Source of the DNA: Myxococcales bacterium | GTDB taxonomy: Bacteria > Myxococcota_A > Polyangia > Haliangiales > Haliangiaceae | Assembly: GCA_016707895.1 (NCBI GenBank) | Contig: JADJGV010000034.1 | Coordinates: 629,625-693,624 of the forward strand | DNA: 64,000 nucleotides | Reading direction: 5' to 3' | Shown here: positions 23,040-32,556 of the stretch, piece by piece | How the letters are laid out: each line of letters starts with the position of its first letter | Numbering within the stretch: position 1 is the first letter of the stretch | Notes under the pieces: model-generated | The model's database searches: none | What the model was told of the DNA's origin: nothing | What the model saw: the letters and a program-made list of their open reading frames with translations, nothing else | Program-made: the position numbers and the translations under genes

Positions 23040-23978
23040 ATGCGGCGCGTGCTCGGACCCCTCGGCCACCTGGCGGCGCTCGCCGCCTACGGCGCGCGCC
23101 GCGGCCGCCAGGTCGATCACGATCTCGACGCGCACCGCGCGCTGACCTGGACCGCCGGTGACGGCCTGCCCCGCGGCCTGACGCTCGAGTGGCTCGGCAC
23201 CGCCGGGTTCCGCCTCACCTACGAGGGCCAGCACCTGCTGATCGATCCGTACCTGACCCGGCTGCCGCTCGGCGATCTGTTGCGGCGGCGGGTGGTGCCG
23301 GCGGACGCGGCGGCGCTCGCCGGGGTGCCCGATCCGCTGGCGATCCTGGTCGGCCACACCCACTTCGATCACGCGCTCGACGTGCCGGCGCTGGCCCGGC
23401 GCGCCGGCTGCCCGGTCTACGGCTCGGCCTCGCTGGCGCGGTTGATGGCGCTGCACGGCCAGCCCGAGCGCGCGGTCACCGTCGCGCCGCACCGCACCTA
23501 CGACGTCGGGCCGTTCGCGGTGACGTTCGTGCCCAGCCTGCACAGCAAGCTGGCCGGCGGCCTGTGGGTGCCGTACGGCGGCGAGATCACCTGCGAGCAC
23601 GTCGACGAGCTGGTGCCGCAGGCCTACAAGTGCGGCCAGGTCTGGGGCATCCACGTCGCGGTCGGCGGCGCGACCTTCTACCACCAGGGCTCGTGCGACC
23701 TCATCGACGCCGAGGTCCGGCACCGCGGCGTCGACGTGCTCCTGTGCGGGATCTCGGGCCGGCGCTTCACCCGCCGCTACGTCGCGCGGCTCCTGCGCGC
23801 GCTCGAGCCGCGGCTGGTGGTGCCGCACCACTTCGACGACTTCTTCCGGCCGCGGGCCGCGCCGATGGCGATGAGCCTCAACGTCAACCTGGCCGGCTTC
23901 GTCGACGAGGTCGGCGCGGTGTCGCGCGACTTCGCGATCAAGACGCTGGGTTGCGGCCAGCCGGTGGGGGCGGCGTGA
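23040..23978 (+). CDS. MBL-fold metallo-hydrolase
   Basis: HTHFDH metal-binding motif and beta-lactamase-fold pattern; start uncertain (ATG 22941 or 23040). Confidence 0.7.
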   Translation: MRRVLGPLGHLAALAAYGARRGRQVDHDLDAHRALTWTAGDGLPRGLTLEWLGTAGFRLTYEGQHLLIDPYLTRLPLGDLLRRRVVPADAAALAGVPDPLAILVGHTHFDHALDVPALARRAGCPVYGSASLARLMALHGQPERAVTVAPHRTYDVGPFAVTFVPSLHSKLAGGLWVPYGGEITCEHVDELVPQAYKCGQVWGIHVAVGGATFYHQGSCDLIDAEVRHRGVDVLLCGISGRRFTRRYVARLLRALEPRLVVPHHFDDFFRPRAAPMAMSLNVNLAGFVDEVGAVSRDFAIKTLGCGQPVGAA

Positions 23979-25495
23979 GCTTCCTCGACGCGCTGGTCGC
24001 CTACGCCCGCGCCGGCCACGTGGTGTGGATGGCGCCGGCCTGGCTCGCGGTGATCGTCGCGGTCAAGCGCTGGGCGCCCGAGGCGCGCCGGCGGGTGTGG
24101 CCGTCGACCGTGCTGTTGATCCTGGCGGCGCTGCTGGTGGTGTGGGGCGCCAGCGCCGACGCGCTCGGCTACGACGATCAGCCGATCGCGGCCGCCGCCC
24201 TGGCGTTCGAGCTGCTCGCGGTGGTCGGCCTGGCCCAGGTCGCGGTGTTCACCGTCGCGCTGCCGCGGATCGGCGTGGTGGTGCCGCGGATCCTGGTCGA
24301 CATCGCCACCGGCGTCGCGTCGGTGGTGGTGCTGATCGTCGTCGGCAAGCGCGCCGGCTGGTCGCTGGCCGGGCTGATCACCACCTCGGCGGTGCTGACC
24401 GCGGTGATCGGCTTCTCGCTGCAGGACACGCTCGGCAACCTGATGGGCGGCCTGGCGCTGCAGGCCGACAGCTCGATCAAGGTCGGCGACTGGATCACGC
24501 TCGGGCCCGGCGGCCCGGCCGGCCGGGTCAGCGAGATCCGCTGGCGCTACACCGCGATCGAGACCCGGGCCTGGGAGACCGTCGTGATCCCCAACTCGGT
24601 CTTGATGAAGAGCCAGGTCACGGTGCAGGGCCGCCGCGCCGGCGAACCGCTGCAGCTGCGCCGCGCCTTCGAGCTGTTCGTCGACTTCCGCACCGCGCCG
24701 ACCGAGGTGATCGCCGCGGTGCTGCGCGAGCTGGGCGGCGATCCGGTGCCCAGCATGGCGACCACGCCGCCGCCGCAGGTGCTGTTCACCGGCGTCCGCG
24801 ACAGCTACGCCGTCTACACCGTGCGCTACTGGCTGACCGACCTCGCGATCGACGAGGTCACCGACAGCGCGGTGCGCATCCGCGCGTACTTCGCGCTGCG
24901 ACGGGCCGGCATCCCGCTGTCGATCCCGGCCCAGGCGCTGTTCGTCACCGCCGAGACCGAGGACCGCCGCGCCCGCAAGCACGACGAGGAGCAGGCGCGC
25001 CGCCTGGCCGCGCTGGCCCGGGTCGATCTGTTCGCGCCGCTGGGCGCCGAGGAGCGCGCGACGCTGGCCGCGGCGCTGCGGCCGGCGCCGTTCGCCACCG
25101 GCGAGGCGGTCACGCACGAGGGCGACCCCGGCGACGGCCTGTACCTGATCACCGCGGGCGCCGCGGTGGTGCAGCTGGGCATGGGCGAACGCGCCCGCGA
25201 GATCGCGCGGCTCGGCCCCGGGCAGTTCTTCGGCGAGATGTCGTTGATGACCGGCGCCGCGCGCTCGGCCACCGTCGTCGCGGCCACCGACCTCGAGTGC
25301 TACTGCATCGACAAGGCGGTGTTCCAGACGCTGGTCACCGCGCGCCCCGAGATCGCCGAGCAGATCGCCGAGGTGCTCGCGGCGCGGCGCGAGGCGCTGG
25401 AGTCGGCCCGCGGCCAGCGCGCCGCCACCAGCCAGGCCGAGGCCAAGGCCGATCTGGCCGATCGCATCCGCGGCTTCTTCGGGCTGCGCGGGTAG
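23975..25495 (+). CDS. Mechanosensitive ion channel (MscS family) with C-terminal cyclic-nucleotide-binding domain
   Basis: TM helices + MscS beta domain (VGDWITLG...GRVSEIRWRYTAIET); C-terminal cNMP-binding (FGEMSLMTGAARSATVVA); GTG start overlapping upstream stop (GTGA). Confidence 0.85.
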   Translation: MSFLDALVAYARAGHVVWMAPAWLAVIVAVKRWAPEARRRVWPSTVLLILAALLVVWGASADALGYDDQPIAAAALAFELLAVVGLAQVAVFTVALPRIGVVVPRILVDIATGVASVVVLIVVGKRAGWSLAGLITTSAVLTAVIGFSLQDTLGNLMGGLALQADSSIKVGDWITLGPGGPAGRVSEIRWRYTAIETRAWETVVIPNSVLMKSQVTVQGRRAGEPLQLRRAFELFVDFRTAPTEVIAAVLRELGGDPVPSMATTPPPQVLFTGVRDSYAVYTVRYWLTDLAIDEVTDSAVRIRAYFALRRAGIPLSIPAQALFVTAETEDRRARKHDEEQARRLAALARVDLFAPLGAEERATLAAALRPAPFATGEAVTHEGDPGDGLYLITAGAAVVQLGMGERAREIARLGPGQFFGEMSLMTGAARSATVVAATDLECYCIDKAVFQTLVTARPEIAEQIAEVLAARREALESARGQRAATSQAEAKADLADRIRGFFGLRG

Positions 25496-25537
25496 GCGCT
25501 GCGATCGGCCGCGCGCGTCGGCGCTGCGATGGCGAGC

Positions 25538-27679
25538 TCAGGGGACGGCCAGGATCTCGATCCAGGGCTGTCGCAGGTTGTAGACGCCGATCAGGGCGAC
25601 GTGGCCCTGGTTGTCGCTGATGAGATCGTACGGCTCGACGGCGTCGAACCCGGGGCCGCCGTAGTCCGAGGCGCCGTTGGTGTCCTTGTCGAGTCGCCAC
25701 ACCTCGGCGCCGGTGGCGTCGTGGGCCAGGACCAGCGCGCCGGCGGCGAACGCGGAACGGCCCTGGAAGCGATGCGCGCGGGCGGTGACGATGCGGCCGT
25801 CACGGTCGATCGCGACGAAGCGCCCGACGGTGCCGTCGACCTCGGGGACGCTGAAGGTGGTGGCGCCGGTGGCATCGAGGCGGACGAGCGCCGCCTCCGT
25901 CGCCATGACCAGGCCGCTCTGGTGATCGTAGGCGAGCTTGGTCCTCGTCAGGCCGCTGATGGTCCACGGCGCGCCTCGCGGTGTGCCGTCGAACGCGAAG
26001 CGATCGATCGTGGTCGCCGAGGCGGCGACGTCGTAACGGGCGACGGCCAGTTCGGCGGCCGATGCGGTGATGGCCAGGGGCAGCTCGATCGGGGTGCGCC
26101 AGCGCACCGTGCCGTCGGTCGCCGCACGCACCGCCAGCTCGTCGTTCCACGCGAGCGCCACTTCGTCGCCGACCGGGGCCAGCACCGGCACGAAGGCCGG
26201 CGTTGTCGTGGGCAGCGGCTGGGCCCAAACGGTCGCGCCGGCGCCGTCGAGCCGGAGCAACGTGTAGGTGGTCTGGTCCGGACCAAGCACGACCAGGTAC
26301 GCGGCGCCGGTCGCGGTGGTGGCGGCATCGACGACCCACCGGAACTCGGACGGCAAGGCGCGTGACCAGCGCATCGCGCCCGTCGGCGCCAGGCGCGACA
26401 CGATGAGCGCAGGAGGTTCTTGCAGGCGATCGTCGCCGGCCGCCAGCAGATCGCCGTCGGCGAAGAACGCGGCGGCTGCGACCGGGACCTCGGGCAGGAG
26501 CGTGGTTACCTCGCCATCGTCCTTGGCGAACGTGGCGGTGGCCGCGCGATCGTTCACGGTCAGGCCGAGTTCGCACGTCCGACCGATGCCGCCACAGGCG
26601 CCCGACCAGCCGGTGAACCGCGACGGCGTGCGGGCCCGCAGCACCGGGTGGTCGCCGGGCTCGACGTGGAGCGTGCAGTCGTCGGTGCAGGTGCTGGCCA
26701 CGGGGTCGTAGCTCACCGTGCCGACCGCCTCGCCGTCGAGGCTGAGCGCGATGGCCTTGGCGGCTGGGCTAGCGAAGTGCACGATCCAGCTCGGCGTGAA
26801 CGAACGCGGCACGAGCGAGATCGTGCGCGTCGCCGAGGCGCCGGCAAGATGGCTGCCGCCGGTCGGCGTCGCGGTGAGCGTGACGCGGTCGTCGTCGAAG
26901 GCCCGCGCGCAGACGCCGACATCACCAGTGCCGCAATCGATGCCCGCCGGCGACGAGGTGATCGTGCCAGTGCCGGCGCCGCGGGGGTAGACCTCGACGC
27001 CGCTGATGAAGCGACCATCGATGGGGACGGTGGCGCCGCCGAGGTGCATCGCGCCGATCGCGCAGCCGCGGGCGAGCGGCGTGTACGCGACGCGCATCGT
27101 GCACGCCGCGCCGCCGGTGAGCATCGGGCCGCAGTCCGAGGCGGTGTTGCCGATGAAGCCGGCGCCGCTGAAGGCGGGCGCGCCGAGCGGGATCGGCGTG
27201 GTGCCTTGGTTGGAGACGATGAACTCCGAGATCCCGAGCGCGACCGCGCCGCGGCTGAACGATAGGTTGGCGGCGCCGATGAACAACCCGGTGGTCGTGG
27301 CGATCGCGGTGCCGGTCAGCGCGATGCGCGTGGCGCCGACGCGCAGCGATGCCCGCTTCGCGCCGAGCGACTGGGGCGCGAAGTCGACCTGTACGAAGCA
27401 CAGGTCGCCGGTGCCGAGGCGGCGGCCCTCGTCGCAGTCGGTGACCGGGGCGATCACGAACTCGGCGGCATCGGCGCCGTCGAGCGCCAGCGAGATCGGG
27501 CCCGGCGCGCCGTCGTTGCGGAAGGTGATGACGGTGGTTGCGCGCTGCACGAGCTGGGTGTCGGGTGCCGCCCAGGCGGTCGCGGGCGCGCAGGCGATCT
27601 CCGCGTTCGGCGCGGCCTCGTCGGCGCCGCCGCAGGCGAGCACCGGCCCGCAGAGGGCAACAACGACGTGGCCGCGCAT
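25538..27679 (-). CDS. Large secreted lipoprotein; N-terminal Ig-like/choice-of-anchor-type domains, C-terminal beta-propeller-like repeats
   Basis: Lipobox PVLAC; Gly/Thr-rich beta-rich composition; last gene of a four-gene minus-strand operon. Confidence 0.6.
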   Translation of the reverse strand: MRGHVVVALCGPVLACGGADEAAPNAEIACAPATAWAAPDTQLVQRATTVITFRNDGAPGPISLALDGADAAEFVIAPVTDCDEGRRLGTGDLCFVQVDFAPQSLGAKRASLRVGATRIALTGTAIATTTGLFIGAANLSFSRGAVALGISEFIVSNQGTTPIPLGAPAFSGAGFIGNTASDCGPMLTGGAACTMRVAYTPLARGCAIGAMHLGGATVPIDGRFISGVEVYPRGAGTGTITSSPAGIDCGTGDVGVCARAFDDDRVTLTATPTGGSHLAGASATRTISLVPRSFTPSWIVHFASPAAKAIALSLDGEAVGTVSYDPVASTCTDDCTLHVEPGDHPVLRARTPSRFTGWSGACGGIGRTCELGLTVNDRAATATFAKDDGEVTTLLPEVPVAAAAFFADGDLLAAGDDRLQEPPALIVSRLAPTGAMRWSRALPSEFRWVVDAATTATGAAYLVVLGPDQTTYTLLRLDGAGATVWAQPLPTTTPAFVPVLAPVGDEVALAWNDELAVRAATDGTVRWRTPIELPLAITASAAELAVARYDVAASATTIDRFAFDGTPRGAPWTISGLTRTKLAYDHQSGLVMATEAALVRLDATGATTFSVPEVDGTVGRFVAIDRDGRIVTARAHRFQGRSAFAAGALVLAHDATGAEVWRLDKDTNGASDYGGPGFDAVEPYDLISDNQGHVALIGVYNLRQPWIEILAVP

Positions 27680-27688
27680 CGCGCGATG

Positions 27689-28717
27689 TTACCGCGCGCG
27701 CGGCAGGTCGCCCAGCGAGACCGCGACGTCGATCCGGTAGCGCAGCCGGTCCTGCCACGAGGTCGCCGGCACGCCGCGGCGCGTGCGCACGCCAACGAGC
27801 ACCAGCATGATGATCAAGCACACCGCGACCAGCGCGGTGGTGCCGCGGGCCCGGCCGGTATCGACGACGGCGTCGGCCCGATCGTCGGCGAGGACTGTCG
27901 TGAGCGCGATCACGATCGCCGCGAGGCCCACCGCGATGCCAGCGTGGGCCGGACGGGTCGGCGGCACGGCCAGCGCGATCGCGGCCGCGGTGAGCGCGAG
28001 CGCGACGAGCTGCGCGCGTCGCCCAGGGACCGTGCGCGCGGTCACGTGCGCGGCGAGGATGAGCGCGATGAGCGTCCAGCGCGGCGCGAGGTCATGGCCG
28101 TCGAACGGCAGGGCTGCGAGCACGAGCACCAGCGTGACGCGGCCGATGGCGTGTCCGGCGTCGAGGCGCGTGAAGATCAGGCCGAGCACCAGCGCGAAGC
28201 CCCAGCCGTCGTCGAGGAGATGCGCGCTCGCGGCGACCCGATGGGTGAGCAGATCGAGCCCGGCCTGGAGCCCGCGTGGGTGGTGCGCGGCGCTGCCGAG
28301 GCCGTGGTGATCGCCGGCGCCGGCGAGGATGGCCAGCCCGGCGAAGGCGCAGGCGATGGCGACCGGCGCCCGGGGCCATCCTCGCGCGCCGAGCGGCGTC
28401 GGGGACGCGGCCCAGGCCCCGCCGAGCGCGGCGCCGAGCCCCAGGGCGATATCGATGAGCGCGGTCGGCGCACCGCGCTGCACGAGCGCCCCCAGCGGCG
28501 CGACGAGCGCGAGGCCCCAGGAGATCGCCAGCGCGACCGGCGCGTCGTCGCGAGCAAGCGCGCGCCCGACGACGCGCCCGAGGCCGTGTAGCCCCCCGGC
28601 GACGCCGAGCGTGCCGGCGACGAGTGCGAGCCGCACGTCGAGCCCAGGCACGAGCGGGAGCGCCTGCGCGCCGACGATCAGGGCGACCACCGCGACGGCG
28701 CGCGCGCGCGGCCTCAC
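27689..28717 (-). CDS. Polytopic membrane protein with His-rich motifs (DHHGLGSAAHHP...LLTH), possibly HupE/UreJ-like
   Basis: GTG start overlapping upstream lipoprotein stop (GTGA); 342 aa hydrophobic; HupE-like assignment is only a loose motif resemblance. Confidence 0.5.
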   Translation of the reverse strand: MRPRARAVAVVALIVGAQALPLVPGLDVRLALVAGTLGVAGGLHGLGRVVGRALARDDAPVALAISWGLALVAPLGALVQRGAPTALIDIALGLGAALGGAWAASPTPLGARGWPRAPVAIACAFAGLAILAGAGDHHGLGSAAHHPRGLQAGLDLLTHRVAASAHLLDDGWGFALVLGLIFTRLDAGHAIGRVTLVLVLAALPFDGHDLAPRWTLIALILAAHVTARTVPGRRAQLVALALTAAAIALAVPPTRPAHAGIAVGLAAIVIALTTVLADDRADAVVDTGRARGTTALVAVCLIIMLVLVGVRTRRGVPATSWQDRLRYRIDVAVSLGDLPRAR

Positions 28718-29277
28718 CGCGCCGGCTCCCAGCGCACGCCGTCGAGCCGTGCCGCGGCCATGCGCGACGGCTCGCGCATCGGCTCGCCGACCGACGACAG
28801 GATCACGTATACGTCCTGCCACGCGCCGCTCGGGTGGACGTCGAGCGTGACCTCGAAGCTGCCGTCGGGGGCGAGCGCGCCGGCGTAGGCGACCGCGCCA
28901 GCGAAGGTGACGGTGAGGTCGGGCTCGGTGAGCACCCGCGTGCGATCGACGCGGCCGTGGAGCCACAGCCGCATGGCGCCGGTGCCGCGCACCCGCAGCC
29001 GCGCGGTCGCGCCCATCCACCGCGCCGGCGCGGCCTCGCCGCTCTTGCACCGCTGGCCGCGATCGCGATCGACCACGGAGCCATCGGGGGCCACGCACTG
29101 GATCGCCGAAAGGTCGTCTTCGAAGCGAAGGTCGCTGCGGTTGCCGAGCTGCCATGCCGCCACCAGGCCCTCGCGCACCGCGAGGTCGCGCACGAAGGCC
29201 TCGCGGGCCCGGACGCCGGCCGACGGCGCCGGCTCGCTGCACGCGGCGAGGGCGATCGTCAGCGCGAGGCGCTTCAT
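28714..29277 (-). CDS. Lipoprotein (187 aa)
   Basis: MKRLALTIALAAC lipobox; ATG overlaps upstream membrane-protein stop (ATGA). Confidence 0.6.
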   Translation of the reverse strand: MKRLALTIALAACSEPAPSAGVRAREAFVRDLAVREGLVAAWQLGNRSDLRFEDDLSAIQCVAPDGSVVDRDRGQRCKSGEAAPARWMGATARLRVRGTGAMRLWLHGRVDRTRVLTEPDLTVTFAGAVAYAGALAPDGSFEVTLDVHPSGAWQDVYVILSSVGEPMREPSRMAAARLDGVRWEPAR

Positions 29278-31178
29278 CGCCGGCTCTCCAGATCGAGCAG
29301 CACCATGCCGTCGCGTTCGAAGAGGATCGCGCGGGTGGTGGCCAGCGCCGCCGATGTCTCGACCGCGTCGACGGTGTGCGCGCCGATCACCTGCCACAGC
29401 TCGCTGTCGAACAGCGTGCGCAGCACCCAGTAGTCGCGACGGTAGAAGTAGCGCGAGCGATCGCCGCGGACGAACGCGTAATAGCGGATGCCCTGGCCGC
29501 GCAGGTAGGTCGCCAATGCCTCGGGGCCGGCGAACGCGGGCCAGCCCGGTGCCGGGCTCACGTAGCCGGGGGTGTCGACGTTGATGATGTCGTTGCGCCG
29601 GTAGTCGAGCAGGAACGGCTGATCGAGCAGCACGGCGAGCGTCGCCCCAGGCGGGGTCGCGGCCTGAAGCTCGGCGTAGAGCGCGCGTGGCGCGGCGATT
29701 TCCTCGGCGGCGGGGCCGCGGTGGGCGCCGTCGAGATCGCGTGCGAGATTGGCGTAGCTGCTGATCATGCTGGGCGCGGTGATCGCGAGCTGGGTCAGGA
29801 GCGCCACGAGCGCGATCAGGCGGGCCAGCGCCGGGGTGGTCACTGCTGCGTCGGGCTGGTGGCTGGGCTCGACGATGGCGACCACGGTCCACGCGGTCAT
29901 GAAGCCGAACGCGTACCGCCACAGGTTGGGCGGATCTGACAGCGAGAAGGCGTGGACCAGCTCGACGAAGCCGAGCGTGCACGCGACCGCGAGCGCGGTG
30001 AGCGGCGCGCCGGGGCGGCGATCGCGGATCGCGAACAGCACCAGCGCCAGCGGCAACATGACGCGGATCGGCGTGGGCTCGACGGCGACCTTGCCGAAGA
30101 ACTGCAGCTCGCGCCACAGCGACCCGGTCGCGCCGAGCTGGATGTCGGGGTTGAAGTTGCCGGGCCACAGCGGATACAGCGGTGTGCCGCAGGTGCGCCA
30201 TGCGGCGATCGCGTAGGGCAGGAGCCCGACGGCGAAGCCGAGCGCCAGCGCAGTCCAGCGATCGCGGCGGGCGAACGGCTGCGGCGACCACGCCAGGGTG
30301 GCGAGTACGAACACGCCGGCGATGAACAGGTTGGTCTGGCGCAGCGACGCCGCCGCGGCGGCGACCAGCGCCACCATCACCCACCGACGCGTGGTGTCCT
30401 CAAGTGTGGCGGTGCGGTACAGCGCCAGACACAGCGCCAGCCCGGACCAGTGGCTGCCGGTGTTGATCGACGTGTCGGGCAGGACCGCCAGTACGAGCAA
30501 GAGCGCGGCCACCAGCGCGTGATCGATCGCGGCGCGACCGCGGGCCAAGCCGATCACCAGCGCGAACGTGATGAGGCGGAACAGGCCGTGGTCGACGAGG
30601 TACGGGTTGGCCAGCGTCCCGCGCACCGCGCCGAGCGACGCCAGGATCGTCTGCCCGCCGTACGCCGAGATGCGGCGGAAGCTGAAGCGCTCGTCGAGGT
30701 CACCGATCTGTAGGAGGCGGCGCACCAGCGCGGTGTAGGCGAGATCGTCGTCGTTGACGTTGACCTGGCGGTTGGCGATGCCGTGCAGCACGTCGATCGC
30801 CACCGCGAGCGCGATCAGGCCGTAGAGCGCCAGCGCCGGGCGATCGCGGAGCGCGTGCCAGGTGGCCCCGACGTCCGGCGGCGCCGCGGTGACGACGTGC
30901 CAGCCGTAGCCGACCGCGCCGACGCCGAGCAGCGCGAGCTGTACCGGCGCGCTGAGCACGCCGAGCATCATCAGCCAGCCGCCGACGGCGAGGTAGGCGG
31001 CGCAGCCCCACGCCAGGCGGAGGCCGAGATCGACGTCGAGCCGCGCGGCGCGCGCGACCCACCGCCCCCAGCCGGCGAGGCTGGTCGCCAGCACCAGCAG
31101 CCACGCGGCGCCGCCGAGCAGCCGATCGTCGGGCCAGCCGAGGCCGACGACGGCGCCGGTCGCCGGCGCGGCGAGCAT
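29274..31178 (-). CDS. Large polytopic integral membrane protein (~634 aa), function unknown (possible GT-C-type glycosyltransferase)
   Basis: At least 12 hydrophobic segments with periplasmic loops; start at MLAAPATG (GTG 39 nt upstream also possible); R-rich upstream part of 939-aa ORF rejected. Confidence 0.6.
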   Translation of the reverse strand: MLAAPATGAVVGLGWPDDRLLGGAAWLLVLATSLAGWGRWVARAARLDVDLGLRLAWGCAAYLAVGGWLMMLGVLSAPVQLALLGVGAVGYGWHVVTAAPPDVGATWHALRDRPALALYGLIALAVAIDVLHGIANRQVNVNDDDLAYTALVRRLLQIGDLDERFSFRRISAYGGQTILASLGAVRGTLANPYLVDHGLFRLITFALVIGLARGRAAIDHALVAALLLVLAVLPDTSINTGSHWSGLALCLALYRTATLEDTTRRWVMVALVAAAAASLRQTNLFIAGVFVLATLAWSPQPFARRDRWTALALGFAVGLLPYAIAAWRTCGTPLYPLWPGNFNPDIQLGATGSLWRELQFFGKVAVEPTPIRVMLPLALVLFAIRDRRPGAPLTALAVACTLGFVELVHAFSLSDPPNLWRYAFGFMTAWTVVAIVEPSHQPDAAVTTPALARLIALVALLTQLAITAPSMISSYANLARDLDGAHRGPAAEEIAAPRALYAELQAATPPGATLAVLLDQPFLLDYRRNDIINVDTPGYVSPAPGWPAFAGPEALATYLRGQGIRYYAFVRGDRSRYFYRRDYWVLRTLFDSELWQVIGAHTVDAVETSAALATTRAILFERDGMVLLDLESRR

Positions 31179-31481
31179 GAACGCGCGCGCGGCGAGCCGG
31201 CCGCGCGCGGTCACACCGGCCCCGCGGCGGCGTGCTCCTCGGGGCTCACCGTCCTGGCCCCGCGCCGCGACGCCGTGCTGTCGGCGAGCGCCATCGGGCT
31301 GAACACGTGCGCGCGCCGATCGCGCAGATGCTCGACGATGGACGGCCTGCAGCGCATCGGGGCGGAAGCTAACCCAAGCCCGGGAGCGCCGCAATCCGGC
31401 CGCTGAGGCCAAGGCCGTGGCGCCGCGCGCGCGCGACGTCGAGGAGGCGCTGCGGTCGGCGGCGAGCCGCGGCATCGGCCC

Positions 31482-31979
31482 ATGGCGCAGCCGCTGCACC
31501 ACCGCGCGACCCACGCCGACCTGGCGGCGCTGCCGGCGCACGTGGTCGGCGAGATCGTCGATGGCGAGCTGTACGGCCCGTTCGGCAAGGGCCGCGGCGG
31601 CCCCGGCGGCGGGATCATCCTCGACGAGCCCGAGCTGCACCTCGGGGCCGACGTGGTGGTGCCCGACCTGGCCGGCTGGCGGCGCGCGCGGATGCCCGAG
31701 CTGCCCGACGTCGCGGCGTTCACGCTGGCGCCGGACTGGGCCGCCGAGGTGCTGTCGGCGTCGACCGCGCGGCTGGATCGGGTGGGCAAGCTGCCGGTCT
31801 ACGCGCGCGAGGCGGTCGGCCACGTGTGGCTGATCGATCCGGTGGCGCAGACGCTCGAGGTGTTCAAACTCGACGGCGCGCGCTACGCGCTGATCCTGAC
31901 CGCGGGCGGGGACGCCGTGGTGCGGGCCGAGCCGTTCGACGCGATCGAGCTGGCGCTGGCGTCGCTGTGGGCGCGGTGA
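31482..31979 (+). CDS. Uma2-family (DUF820) PD-(D/E)XK-type endonuclease-like protein
   Basis: HADLAALPAHVVGEIVDGELY...VVPDLAGW...PDVAAFTLAPDWAAEVLS...RLDRVGKLPVYAREAVGHVWLIDP matches Uma2 family pattern; N-terminus appears short. Confidence 0.7.
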   Translation: MAQPLHHRATHADLAALPAHVVGEIVDGELYGPFGKGRGGPGGGIILDEPELHLGADVVVPDLAGWRRARMPELPDVAAFTLAPDWAAEVLSASTARLDRVGKLPVYAREAVGHVWLIDPVAQTLEVFKLDGARYALILTAGGDAVVRAEPFDAIELALASLWAR

Positions 31980-32007
31980 CGGCCGCCGGATCGGGCATGC
32001 TGCCGGC

Positions 32008-32556
32008 ATGGCCACCCATCCGCGGTATCGCGTCGACGCGGGCGCGCACTGCATCGACGTCCGCCTGACCTCGATCGAGCAGCTGTTTGACAACCGCGAT
32101 CCCGCGCCGTTCCGCAGCCGCGACCTCGACCCCGACCTGCTCGAGTACCTGGTGGCCGCCGGCGAGGACCTGCTGGCCCACGGCCCGCTGCGCGTCGTGC
32201 TGTGGTTCCCGACCGCGGTCGACGCCGACCGCGTCGTGCCGGCCTACCGCGCGCACCTCGACTACGAGCTGGCACGGCTGGCGCGCCGGCGCCGCCGCGA
32301 GCGCCGCACCGCGCTGGCCCAGCTCGCCCTCGGCGCGCTGTTCCTGGTCGCGCTGGTGTCGCTGGCCCAGCTCGCCGGCGACCTGCCGCGCCTCGGTGCC
32401 ATCGCCCGCGAGGGCCTCACCATCTCGGCCTGGGTCATCCTGTGGCGCCCGATCCAGGCGCTGGTCTACGACTGGATCCCCGCCCACCGCGAGCGCCGCG
32501 TGCTGGCCCGGCTCCGCGACGCGCCGGTCGCGATCGCGGTGGGGGAGGCGGGGTGA
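32008..32556 (+). CDS. Hypothetical protein with C-terminal TM segments
   Basis: Protein-like composition, ATG start; no recognisable domain. Confidence 0.5.
   Translation: MATHPRYRVDAGAHCIDVRLTSIEQLFDNRDPAPFRSRDLDPDLLEYLVAAGEDLLAHGPLRVVLWFPTAVDADRVVPAYRAHLDYELARLARRRRRERRTALAQLALGALFLVALVSLAQLAGDLPRLGAIAREGLTISAWVILWRPIQALVYDWIPAHRERRVLARLRDAPVAIAVGEAG

Noticed and set aside
27689-29242. Full 517-aa ORF as one protein
   Set aside because: The N-terminal ~175 codons are Arg/Gly/Pro nonsense overlapping the upstream lipoprotein gene in another frame. A GTG forming a GTGA overlap at 28715-28717 gives a clean membrane-protein start.
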